From Stramenopiles sp. TOSAG23-2 (Eukaryota), in contig LT649238.1 of assembly GCA_900128395.1 (NCBI GenBank), forward strand, positions 1 through 64,000: DNA of 64,000 nucleotides, written 5' to 3'. Made by a program: the position numbers and the translations under genes. The notes beneath the pieces are model-generated. The model searched no databases. It was not told where the DNA came from and saw nothing but the letters and a program-made list of their open reading frames with translations. Of this stretch, positions 55,028-64,000 are shown piece by piece. The first letter of the stretch is position 1; every line of letters starts with the position of its first letter.

Positions 55028-57145
55028 ATGTTCTATTCACAATTGATACTGGCTAAAAAAGGTGAACTTGGTAAAATATGGCTTGCTGCGCATATGGCAA
55101 AGAAATTAAGCAAGAAGGATATATTCAAAATTAAAATTGAAGAATATGTCCAAAAAGTTATTTTTCCAAATGAACCATTATCTTTACGTGTTTCAGGCCA
55201 TTTATTGCTTGGTATTGTACGGATATATGCATCAAAAGTTGATTATTTAGTAAACGATTATAGCGAAGCGCTGATAAAAATTAAGCTAGCATTCCGGTCA
55301 GCAGATGTCGATCTGCCCATAGGGGAACAACAAGGTACTTCCCATGCAATTAATGCTCCAGGATTTAATCGTAGCATGACCTCCTTCGACGACGTCGACT
55401 TGGACTTTATTGATGAAAATGATGAAGGTGATGTCCTTGCTGATTTGCAATTTTTAGGAAACGAATTTCAAACCATAACCAATCAAGCGAACGATCGTGA
55501 CATTACCATGGCATCCTCGTTTGCCAATTCGCCATATGGTGGTGGAAATGCCCAAATGATGTTGGGCAATTCCATGGTATCGTATGGTGGGGATAATATC
55601 AGTTTTCAAGATGGTGACAGTATTTTAGGTAGTACACGAAAAAGCCAACTAGGTGTTCAACAACGATCGCCAACTGGTGGTATTATTCCTGGACCAGGTG
55701 GTGTTGTTGCGGATAGTTTTGGATCCGTATCAGATGTGGAACTTGGACGCGCTGCGCAAAATGCAAGTGGCTTTGGGTATAGCAATACAAATATGGATAA
55801 TATTCCAATGGATACCTCGTTTACAAGCGCTGCAAATAATCGCCAAAGTCTTGGTCAAAGTGGATTTGGCAACGATGATGGTGGTTTCGATGATGATTTT
55901 GGGAACAACAATAACGATTCCTTTGGTCAAATCGATTCTCCAAGTGGCTTTCAAGATGGTTTGCGAAAAAAAGAGATACACAATTTTGATAAGGATGGCA
56001 GTGGCAATGTCCTAGGTGTACAATTCGATGCATTTAATTTGGAAGATGGTAACGATGTGGAAGAGCAATTGCGTGAGAAAAAAAAGAGGAAAAAAAATAA
56101 TTTAAGCAATTTATATGCAAAAGCACTTAAAATGGATCGTGATGATGGTAGTCTTGAAATGGAAGAGTACAAAGATCCAGAAAACGGATGGGAAAGTATG
56201 AAACGCAAACGGAAAGAAGAATTAGTTGAACGTGGCCCAGTTGTCGAAGATGAAGCGATAACAACGATTAATATTCCAAGGTATTTAAATGAAACTAAAC
56301 AAGAATATTCTGATCGTATCAAGCTACGTATAAAATTAGCTGCCATTGCATTAAGAAAACGTCGTCGTATTTTCAGCAGTAAAAAGTTTTTATCAGGTCC
56401 ATCCACTGGCACATCTATGCATAATGAAGTCACAAAAATGTATGAAACGATTGAAAATAAAAAATTTTCAGTTGCAAAAAATATGAAAACGTCATCGTTA
56501 TCACCATTGCCACCAAGAGATGGTAGTAGTAGTGTTGGTAATAACAATATGTCCTCGTTTGACGTCGAAGGTGGACGTGCTGGTGATGATAGTATGTTTG
56601 ATGATAATTTTGATGGTGGCGGGTTTGACGATGATAATAACGTTAGCTACAATAATCGATTAAGTCTTGGAAACAATAATAATAATGCTTCCAATATGGG
56701 AGGCATGGATCAAAGTTTTGATAATGGTGGTTTTGGTTTAAATGCTAGTACTACTAATAATAACAATTTATTTGGCGGTGATGATGATGATGCTATTGAT
56801 GAAAATGCCTCTCGTCGTCCTTCTTCACGTGTAACACAAGATATTCGTTCCCATGTCTTGGAGCCAAAAATGGTTTTAATGATGGATAATTTGAAAAACA
56901 ATGCAACTGTTTTATCAAGTGATTCAGATGAAGAAGATAAATCCGATCAATTGGATCCATTTGCAGATAAAAATAGTGATAATGTAGTCAATTTCAATGA
57001 TATTGTAAAAGGTTCAACGAAAAGTCAAGCTGCAAAATGTTTCTTTGATCTATTGGTTTTGAAAACTCGTAATGAAATTAAAATCAAACAAGAAGATCGA
57101 CCAGAAGGATATGGCCCAATTAAGGTTGCTTTGGTGAAGCCTTAA
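55028..57145 (+). CDS. RAD21: Cohesin kleisin subunit Rad21/Scc1
   Basis: N-terminal MFYS..ILAKKG.LGKIWLAAH, LRVSGHLLLGIVRIY. C-terminal winged helix AAKCFFDLLVLK...Q...YGPI. ExxR separase-like sites VELGR and VEGGR. Confidence 0.92.
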   Translation: MFYSQLILAKKGELGKIWLAAHMAKKLSKKDIFKIKIEEYVQKVIFPNEPLSLRVSGHLLLGIVRIYASKVDYLVNDYSEALIKIKLAFRSADVDLPIGEQQGTSHAINAPGFNRSMTSFDDVDLDFIDENDEGDVLADLQFLGNEFQTITNQANDRDITMASSFANSPYGGGNAQMMLGNSMVSYGGDNISFQDGDSILGSTRKSQLGVQQRSPTGGIIPGPGGVVADSFGSVSDVELGRAAQNASGFGYSNTNMDNIPMDTSFTSAANNRQSLGQSGFGNDDGGFDDDFGNNNNDSFGQIDSPSGFQDGLRKKEIHNFDKDGSGNVLGVQFDAFNLEDGNDVEEQLREKKKRKKNNLSNLYAKALKMDRDDGSLEMEEYKDPENGWESMKRKRKEELVERGPVVEDEAITTINIPRYLNETKQEYSDRIKLRIKLAAIALRKRRRIFSSKKFLSGPSTGTSMHNEVTKMYETIENKKFSVAKNMKTSSLSPLPPRDGSSSVGNNNMSSFDVEGGRAGDDSMFDDNFDGGGFDDDNNVSYNNRLSLGNNNNNASNMGGMDQSFDNGGFGLNASTTNNNNLFGGDDDDAIDENASRRPSSRVTQDIRSHVLEPKMVLMMDNLKNNATVLSSDSDEEDKSDQLDPFADKNSDNVVNFNDIVKGSTKSQAAKCFFDLLVLKTRNEIKIKQEDRPEGYGPIKVALVKP

Positions 57146-57267
57146 TGATATGTGTGATTATTTAAAAAACATTTATAAAAATATAATAACAATGGTAGAG
57201 ATTGTTTGATGTGTGTCCATACATCATTATATGAAATTCGCATTAAAATATGATATTTTTACGAAAA

Positions 57268-57300
57268 TGTGTGTGTGTGTGTGTATGTGTGTGTGTGTGT
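57268..57300. repeat. (TG)n microsatellite
   Basis: About 16 TG units with one interruption. Confidence 0.85.
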
Positions 57301-57580
57301 AAAAAATTTAAAAAAAAAATTAAAAACGCTTCTTTGAAAAAATTAATAGAAACATACTATGGTGGTATCGGGCATAAGTTGCCCAGAAACGATTTTAATA
57401 ATTAAAAAAAAATCTAGATGAGATATGAGTGTGTAAGAATTTCACACATGTCTAAGATAGATTAAACTTGGTCTATTTAACCTATTTTAAAGTTTTTATT
57501 TTTTGAATTTCTCGTTATATGGTGAAGCTCTAAATGCACGTCTGCAAACTAATACTCCACGAGATGATGAATAGAAAATT

Positions 57581-60500
57581 TTATAAACGTTTAGGAACTA
57601 TAACTGGCCTTCCTGTTGGTGTTCCAGAACATCCCCCACAACAATCTCCTACACTCGGATTAGGTGGTACTCTTTTCTGACCAAGACGACATATTGGACG
57701 GGCACACCTTACACTTCTACAATCCATAACTGGCTCTTCTATTGGTGCTATTGGTGTTCCAGAACATCCCTCACAACATCTTCCTACACTTGGATTAGGT
57801 GGTACTCTTTTCTGACCAGGACGACATATTGCAAGGCCACACATTACAAGATGACAACGGTCTGGTGTTGGTACTTCTGGTTCTTCATGTACTTCTGGTT
57901 CTTCAGGTACTCCTGGTTCTTCAGGTACTTCTGGTTCTTCAAGCAAGCAATAAATAGAGCTCCCAACTAGTTTGTAATTATCTTCCTGTTCATGTGGCTC
58001 ATGTTCTTCCTCTTCTTCGTCGTTTTCATGATCCTCCTGTTCATTATCACCATGCAAATCACAATCTTGCTGAACTTTTTCTAATTGTTCGCTGGATACT
58101 CCCTCTCCCTGCAAATATTGTTCAATGTCAGTTTCACTGGCATCAGGATGTTTTTCCACCATTTCTTTTAAAAGTTTGCATGCCTTATCACTATCAAAAT
58201 CACTCTCATCTTCTTCTTCTTCCTCCTCCTTCTCTTCTTCTTCTTCTTCTTCTTCTTCGATTTCCTCCTCCTTCTGTTCTTCTTCTTCTTCGATTTCCTC
58301 CTCTTCTTCTTGTTTATCTTCTTGTTCATCTTCTTGTTCCTCCTCTTTTTCCTCTTCCTCCTCTTGTTCCTTGTATTCATCGTCTTCCTGCCCGTAATCT
58401 CCTTCACCCTCTCCAATTTTTTTACACCTTGCACAACATTTACCCCTTTCTGGTTTTGCATCTATTAGTTTTTCCCCGGCTTTGCAATTTGGTTCGGCGC
58501 ACAGCACACTTTTGCATTTCTCTGAGAGTGGTAGGCAACTTTTTGGTTTGTGCATACCACATTTCTTTGTATTACGCAGTATATATCCAGTTTCCTCTGT
58601 GCAATCATTGCCCTTCACTCCATCTACTAGAGTACAAAACTTCATAGTGCATCTATCTCCACATTTTTTACTTGGATCGAAATCAATTTTCTGTACAAGT
58701 TTTAACCTGCATTTTTGTAGAAATTTTTCAATTCTACTTTCATCAAAATGAAATTCCTCGCTTAAATGTTTTCTCACTTCATTTGGTGTTGCCTCCGGGT
58801 GTGTCTTTAACAATTCTCTCGTCTTCTTACACGCTCGAAGCCGTGGTACATGTTCCTCCTCTTTTTCCTCTTCCTCCTCTTGTTCCTTGTATTCATCGTC
58901 TTCCTGCCCGTAATCTCCTTCACCCTCTCCAATTTTTTTACACCTTGCACAACATTTACCCCTTTCTGGTTTTGCATCTATTAGTTTTTCCCCGGCTTTG
59001 CAATTTGGTTCGGCGCACAGCACACTTTTGCATTTCTCTGAGAGTGGTAGGCAACTTTTTGGTTTGTGCATACCACATTTCTTTGTATTACGCAGTATAT
59101 ATCCAGTTTCCTCTGTGCAATCATTGCCCTTCACTCCATCTACTAGAGTACAAAACTTCATAGTGCATCTATCTCCACATTTTTTACTTGGATCGAAATC
59201 AATTTTCTGTACAAGTTTTAACCTGCATTTTTGTAGAAATTTTTCAATTCTACTTTCATCAAAATGAAATTCCTCGCTTAAATGTTTTCTCACTTCATTT
59301 GGTGTTGCCTCCGGGTGTGTCTTTAACAATTCTCTCGTCTTCTTACACGCTTGAAGCCGTGGTACACAAACATGTACAGGTGGGCATTTACCTGGCATAA
59401 CAGCTGGTTGGTTGTGAGTGTCTCCATATGGATCCCGGTTATACCCTTGTAACTGGTCTTCGTAGCTTTGTACGTGTGTTTCGTACCCTTCTTGTTCTTC
59501 CGTTGGTTCTTCGATACATTTTCCATTATGACATCCATTTTTACAGTGCATAATTGCGCAAAGATTGGATCCAGATGATGGCACAAAACCAGGCATTGGT
59601 TGTTTAAAACCAAAACCTGGTTGTGCTTGTCCATAAGATGGCGGCATTGGTTGTGCTTGTCCATAAGATGGCGCAAGATCAGGTTGGGTTGGTCGTTGTG
59701 CAGGTTGGGGTGGTGCTTGTGGTTGTTCTGATTTTTTTGATTTTTTTTTTGATTTTTTTGATTTTTTTGATTTGGGCGAAGTTACTTTTGTCACGAGTTT
59801 GTCCACGAGACCGCCCACTAGACCTGTCACTTTTGGCACAACACTTTGACCAATAGATGAAAGCATTTTGCCAAAAAATCGCGATTTATCTTTCGCTAAC
59901 AATTGTCTTCTACCCAATAATCTTCTTCTTGATGTATGCGCGCCACCTTGAACTATAGACCCACCTAGACCACCTTGAACTATAGAAGCGTGAGCTTCAT
60001 TATTTAAAACACGCCGCATTCCTCTTGGGCATTTTGTCACAGACTTTGGACAACCTGGGATTCCTTCTCTTGCTTTTCTTCTTTCTTCTCTCTTCTTCTT
60101 TTTGTCCTTTCTTTTTTTTCTCTTTTCTTCTCTTTGTTTTTTCTTCTCTTTCTTCCTATTTCTCGATTTCTTTCTTTCTTCTTTATTCTTCTTTTTGTCC
60201 TTTCTTTTTCTTCTCTTTTCCTTCTTCTTCTTCTTCAATTTCTTTCGTTCCTCTTTATTCTTCTTTTTGTCCTTTCTTTTTCTTCTCTTTTCCTTCTTCT
60301 TCTTCTTCAATTTCTTTCGTTCCTCTTTATTCTTCTTTTTGTCCTTTCTTTTTCTTCTCTTTTCCTTCTTCTTCTTCTTCAATTTCTTTCGTTCCTCTTT
60401 ATTCTTCTTTTTGTCCTTTCTTTTTCTTCTCTTTTCCTTCTTCTTCTTCTTCAATTTCTTTCGTTCCTCTTTCTTTTCCTTCCTCTTCTTTTTTAATTTC

Positions 60501-61489
60501 TTTCTTTCTTCTTTCATAATCTTCCTTTTGTTCTTCAATTTTTTTCGTTCCTCTTTCTTTCGCTTTTTTTGTGACTTTTTGCGTGATCTTCGCCTTGGGC
60601 GCGGTCTCTTCCTTTGTTTCACCTTTTTTCGACTTTTTTGTGACTTTTTGCGTGATCTTGGCCTTGGGCGCGGTCTCTTCCTTTGTTTCACCTGTCTTCG
60701 ACTTTTTTGTGACTTTTTGCGTGATCTTGGCCTTGGGCGCGGTCTCTTCCTTTGTTTCACCTGTCTTGGTCTTGGTCTTGGTCTCGGTCTCGGTCTCGGC
60801 CTTGGGCGTGGTCTTGGTCTTGGTCTTGGTCTTGGTCTTGGTCTTGGTCTCGGCCTTGGGCGTGGTCTTGGTCTTGGTCTCGGTCTTGGCCTTCGGCGCG
60901 GTCTTGGCCTTGGTCTCGGTCTCGGTCTTGGCCTTCGGCGCGGTCTCGCTGCTTTCCTTCGTCGCTTCTTCTTCTGTCCTTTCAACAAGGTTCTTGCATT
61001 TTCCATCATATCTAAAAATGAGGAAGCACTGTTTGCATTTTTGCATAACGGACTGCATTCTCTCGATGTTTTGCTACCGACACACTCACTCACTTTAGCT
61101 GATAATTCACTGTTGCTTTTTGAAATCGACAATTTCCTAAAAGTTCCCTTGTCACCACATTGTAGTTCAAAACCACACGGATATTTTAAGCAACCACCTT
61201 CGTTTTTTTCATCGTTATTCAAAAAAGAACATCCAGTTGGTGGAGGCAAACATTTATAAATTTTGCAATTAGGTTTGCCACCAGGTTTTTTCTTGTTCAT
61301 TATAGCATTCATATTCTTACGCGATAGAAGTTGAGATGTTTGGGATGTTTTACCAACATATATACCAGCTCGTTTGCCAAGCATCTCGGTGACTGCTTCG
61401 CCATTTCCTTCCACAATGGTTGCAAACAAACTGCAAGTTATAATAAATAGAGAAAGACTCCAAATAACTGTTGTTACAGTGGACTTCAT
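57581..61489 (-). CDS. Secreted 1302-aa repeat protein: poly-(Arg-Pro), Lys-rich, Glu-rich and Cys-rich modules
   Basis: Signal peptide, uninterrupted ORF. About 30 RP dipeptides, 23-aa and 24-aa basic repeats, RRRLLGRRQLL, a duplicated 172-aa block, poly-E, and C..V.C....C..G......CC..C modules. Confidence 0.8.
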   Translation of the reverse strand: MKSTVTTVIWSLSLFIITCSLFATIVEGNGEAVTEMLGKRAGIYVGKTSQTSQLLSRKNMNAIMNKKKPGGKPNCKIYKCLPPPTGCSFLNNDEKNEGGCLKYPCGFELQCGDKGTFRKLSISKSNSELSAKVSECVGSKTSRECSPLCKNANSASSFLDMMENARTLLKGQKKKRRRKAARPRRRPRPRPRPRPRPRRRPRPRPRPRPRPRPRPRPRPRPRPRPRPRPRPRPRPRPRPRPRQVKQRKRPRPRPRSRKKSQKSRRQVKQRKRPRPRPRSRKKSQKSRKKVKQRKRPRPRRRSRKKSQKKRKKEERKKLKNKRKIMKEERKKLKKKRKEKKEERKKLKKKKKEKRRKRKDKKKNKEERKKLKKKKKEKRRKRKDKKKNKEERKKLKKKKKEKRRKRKDKKKNKEERKKLKKKKKEKRRKRKDKKKNKEERKKSRNRKKEKKKQREEKRKKRKDKKKKREERRKAREGIPGCPKSVTKCPRGMRRVLNNEAHASIVQGGLGGSIVQGGAHTSRRRLLGRRQLLAKDKSRFFGKMLSSIGQSVVPKVTGLVGGLVDKLVTKVTSPKSKKSKKSKKKSKKSEQPQAPPQPAQRPTQPDLAPSYGQAQPMPPSYGQAQPGFGFKQPMPGFVPSSGSNLCAIMHCKNGCHNGKCIEEPTEEQEGYETHVQSYEDQLQGYNRDPYGDTHNQPAVMPGKCPPVHVCVPRLQACKKTRELLKTHPEATPNEVRKHLSEEFHFDESRIEKFLQKCRLKLVQKIDFDPSKKCGDRCTMKFCTLVDGVKGNDCTEETGYILRNTKKCGMHKPKSCLPLSEKCKSVLCAEPNCKAGEKLIDAKPERGKCCARCKKIGEGEGDYGQEDDEYKEQEEEEEKEEEHVPRLRACKKTRELLKTHPEATPNEVRKHLSEEFHFDESRIEKFLQKCRLKLVQKIDFDPSKKCGDRCTMKFCTLVDGVKGNDCTEETGYILRNTKKCGMHKPKSCLPLSEKCKSVLCAEPNCKAGEKLIDAKPERGKCCARCKKIGEGEGDYGQEDDEYKEQEEEEEKEEEQEDEQEDKQEEEEEIEEEEEQKEEEIEEEEEEEEEKEEEEEEDESDFDSDKACKLLKEMVEKHPDASETDIEQYLQGEGVSSEQLEKVQQDCDLHGDNEQEDHENDEEEEEHEPHEQEDNYKLVGSSIYCLLEEPEVPEEPGVPEEPEVHEEPEVPTPDRCHLVMCGLAICRPGQKRVPPNPSVGRCCEGCSGTPIAPIEEPVMDCRSVRCARPICRLGQKRVPPNPSVGDCCGGCSGTPTGRPVIVPKRL
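58335..59366. repeat. Tandem duplication, 2 x 516 bp (172 aa, in frame)
   Basis: 58335-58850 vs 58851-59366. The one difference I noticed is ACGCTCGAAG vs ACGCTTGAAG (R/Q). Confidence 0.92.
60181..60470. repeat. 72-bp coding minisatellite, about 4 copies (KEERKKLKKKKKEKRRKRKDKKKN)
   Basis: Period of 72 nt is visible in both DNA and protein. Confidence 0.9.
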
Positions 61490-61938
61490 CTTTATGTATC
61501 TATTGTTTTATAAAAGTGTAACGCTACAAATTAATACCAAAGGCAAATTGATTCTATCACACACTTTCTTGCTAAAAAAAAAATGTTTCAACGTGGTAAT
61601 ACAAAATCCTCATTGTGTTTTTGCTATTCTATAAATATATTTATTAAATAAAATATACTGTAGTTATTAGTTATTATATAGTTTTTTTGTTATCTTGTGT
61701 AGTGCTGTACTGAGTATAACAGCCATATACAACGCCCCACTTTTTTGTCTGACTGGCTGACGTCAGAGATAGAAGTGTCCTAAAATCTAAAAACAAGTAT
61801 AAAGTTGCTGTATAGTAGTTTTATAAAGTCTGTAACCTGTACATGTATACTAGAATACTGTAAAAGCACATTTTGATATTCCTATGATACTACTAAAACT
61901 GATATAGCAAAGATGCCTTCATTTTGTCACCATTCTTA

Positions 61939-62074
61939 CGAGCGCTGTTTCTGGAATTTATCAGATTTTTAATGCTCTATCTATGCTATTTAATGCTGTG
62001 TCCATGCTAAATTTTAGGTAGGTAAAGATTAATAGGATTTTCTGGATTTGAATAAAATCCAGAAACAGCGCTCG
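61939..62074. mobile_element. 136-bp mariner-type MITE with TA TSD
   Basis: TA|CGAGCGCTGTTTCTGGAATTTAT ... ATAAAATCCAGAAACAGCGCTCG|TA, 23-bp TIR with one mismatch. Confidence 0.8.
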
Positions 62075-62608
62075 TATGAGTCACATACTGTATGCACATA
62101 TAGACCAACCATTTACCATTTACGTCAAAAATATATACCTGTATAATGTACATATATAGGCATATATCATATTGTACTATATAATATCAATGTGGGCATC
62201 ATATTTATTAATTTGCGTATTTTATTATTAGAATATTATAGAATTTACTCAGAAAAGAACACGCAAGACATATTGATTATTATTATTATCATTGTTATTA
62301 CTACAAATTGTGTACTGTTTTTACAAAATTTTTAAGTACGATTGGTACACATTTTGTTTTCTTAAATTTTAAATAATATTAAATATTCATATATATAGAC
62401 TATTGCACTATTTATAAATATTATTATTATTTTTTGGTATGATATCATATCATAACATTTTATAAGCAATATATAACAAATGAAAAACAACCCATTTCAA
62501 CAAATGAAACAAAAGCTATACTTGATAAATTAAACACTTCAATATATATTGATAAAAGTCCAAAAGGTTTTTTAGATGCGCCTATAGTTGATTTAGTCAA
62601 CATGTTCT

Positions 62609-63529
62609 TCACACTTTCATTGCTAAAAACATGCTTAATTTTCTACCATCATCTGGTTGAATATACACATTGTTTCGTAAAATTTTCATTCCATATTTAA
62701 TATGAAAAACACTTTCTAATTCTTCTACATCAATTTTATCTTTCATTTTCTTTGGCTTGATATTGCATGTTAAAAAGCTATGGATACAAAGCATACCACC
62801 AACATTTAACAATTTATATATTTCCTCAAAAATATCACGACATAGAAATCGAGAGATAATAACAATTGACAATCCATTATCAACAATGTTTTTGTTAGAT
62901 TGTTGATAATCGTTAAATAATTCATGTAAAGAACCTGCTTGACGGATATCTTTTTGTATTTCTATAATATTTGAAAGGTTATAATTTTTTGCAAAATCTC
63001 GTACTTGAGTAATTTTACCAGGTAAATTATCAACTGCAATTATATTTGATTTATCAAAATATTTAGCCATGAAAATTATATCACGCCCACTGCCACAACC
63101 TAAATCAATTATATTTGTATCTCTATTGTTTTCAATCATGGATTTCATAAATTTAATTTCTTGTTTTAGTAATGGACATGGTTGAAATGGAAACGCATAT
63201 TTATCATTTCTATTATTTACTTTATCGTTTCTATTATTTTTAGGTAAATATTTAATTTCGTCCCATAATATAAAGCCTTCAATATTGAACGGTTGTTTCA
63301 TAAACCAATCATATACTTTATTTAATTCTTTTTTACATACAACTACAAAAAATTTAATATATCGTGGAGGTAATTCATATTTTCTATCATTTAAAAGTAG
63401 AAATGGAAGATTAAAAGAATTAATAATATGATTTTCCATAAATTCTAGTTCAGAACGTATGTCAATAATAGTTAAATTTCTTGTAGCCAATTCGAATAAT
63501 GATGATTCCATCGTTGTTACAGATGCCAT
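62609..63529 (-). CDS. Rhodanese-like domain fused to class I SAM methyltransferase (TehB-like)
   Basis: IIDIRS..EF...HI..SFNLP (rhodanese N-terminus). IIDLGCGSGRD motif I, VDN, SRFL.R, L..GG. Confidence 0.8.
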   Translation of the reverse strand: MASVTTMESSLFELATRNLTIIDIRSELEFMENHIINSFNLPFLLLNDRKYELPPRYIKFFVVVCKKELNKVYDWFMKQPFNIEGFILWDEIKYLPKNNRNDKVNNRNDKYAFPFQPCPLLKQEIKFMKSMIENNRDTNIIDLGCGSGRDIIFMAKYFDKSNIIAVDNLPGKITQVRDFAKNYNLSNIIEIQKDIRQAGSLHELFNDYQQSNKNIVDNGLSIVIISRFLCRDIFEEIYKLLNVGGMLCIHSFLTCNIKPKKMKDKIDVEELESVFHIKYGMKILRNNVYIQPDDGRKLSMFLAMKV

Positions 63530-64000
63530 GATGGTGTTCACAATCGTTATTATATTATTATATTTTATATTTCAAAACCAATTTTATTTGGATGTATATG
63601 TATTATTAATGGAATTAATATAGAGTATATTTCAAATCAACAATAATCAGACTGTTTTTTTTTTTTGTAGATGATCTCTTCTCTTCTTCTTGATTTTATT
63701 GATGTGGTTATATGGTGGCCAGATACAGTGTTACAGTATAGATCCTAGATTAAATAGCTCTACAGTATTAAAAATAGTAGTGTTTGTTTTTTTGGTGTGC
63801 TATCCAGCTACTGTATACCACAGGCACCAGGTAGGCAATCACCGGATTTAGAACCCAGACCAATACTGTATATTAATAATAAGCCTATACTATGCTTATG
63901 CTATCCACTGTGGATCTCTGTCCATCACCTTATCACTTTACAGGACGAATAAAATATACTACAGGTATACCATAATAATACCATCTGTTATTATAGACTA

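Noticed and set aside
60025-61259. Overlapping ORFs (F/L-rich, GL, KT and WS repeats)
   Set aside because: Shadow frames of the RP/K repeat region. Only the 57581-61489 frame is continuous with the signal peptide.
1-64000. tRNA/rRNA genes and a non-standard genetic code
   Set aside because: No cloverleaf or rRNA-like sequence recognised. Conserved genes read through intact and end at TAA or TGA as expected.

Overview
AT-rich, gene-dense eukaryotic DNA in the standard genetic code. The coding regions have no apparent introns and many poly-Asn (AAT/AAC) tracts. Flagellar genes (IFT20-like, PKD2) and TM-LRR/RxL-type secreted proteins suggest a flagellated protist, possibly a stramenopile (inference only). 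About 27 host genes are present: PrsW-type protease, WDR83, TBC-Sec14 fusion, COQ10, RUN-PX-Rubicon protein, CIA30, BRCC36, PKD2, GCP3, NDUFB2, 2OG oxygenase, DUSP, oligopeptidase B, thiolase, DEAD helicase, RAD21 and others. They alternate strands almost perfectly. The best find is a 2057-bp element (33424-35480) with 29-bp perfect TIRs starting CACTATG and a 5-bp TSD (ATAAT). These are hallmarks of Transib/ProtoRAG-type transposons, but the element carries a non-transposase cargo ORF. Other observations: two TA-flanked Tc1/mariner-type non-autonomous elements; a 2A-like GEASHPGP segment; a repeat family found only in convergent spacers; many exact 65-133 bp tandem duplications (possibly assembly artefacts); and a 1302-aa secreted protein with poly-(Arg-Pro)/Lys and Glu blocks separated by RxL motifs. 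All assignments come from motif recognition by eye, with no database searches.
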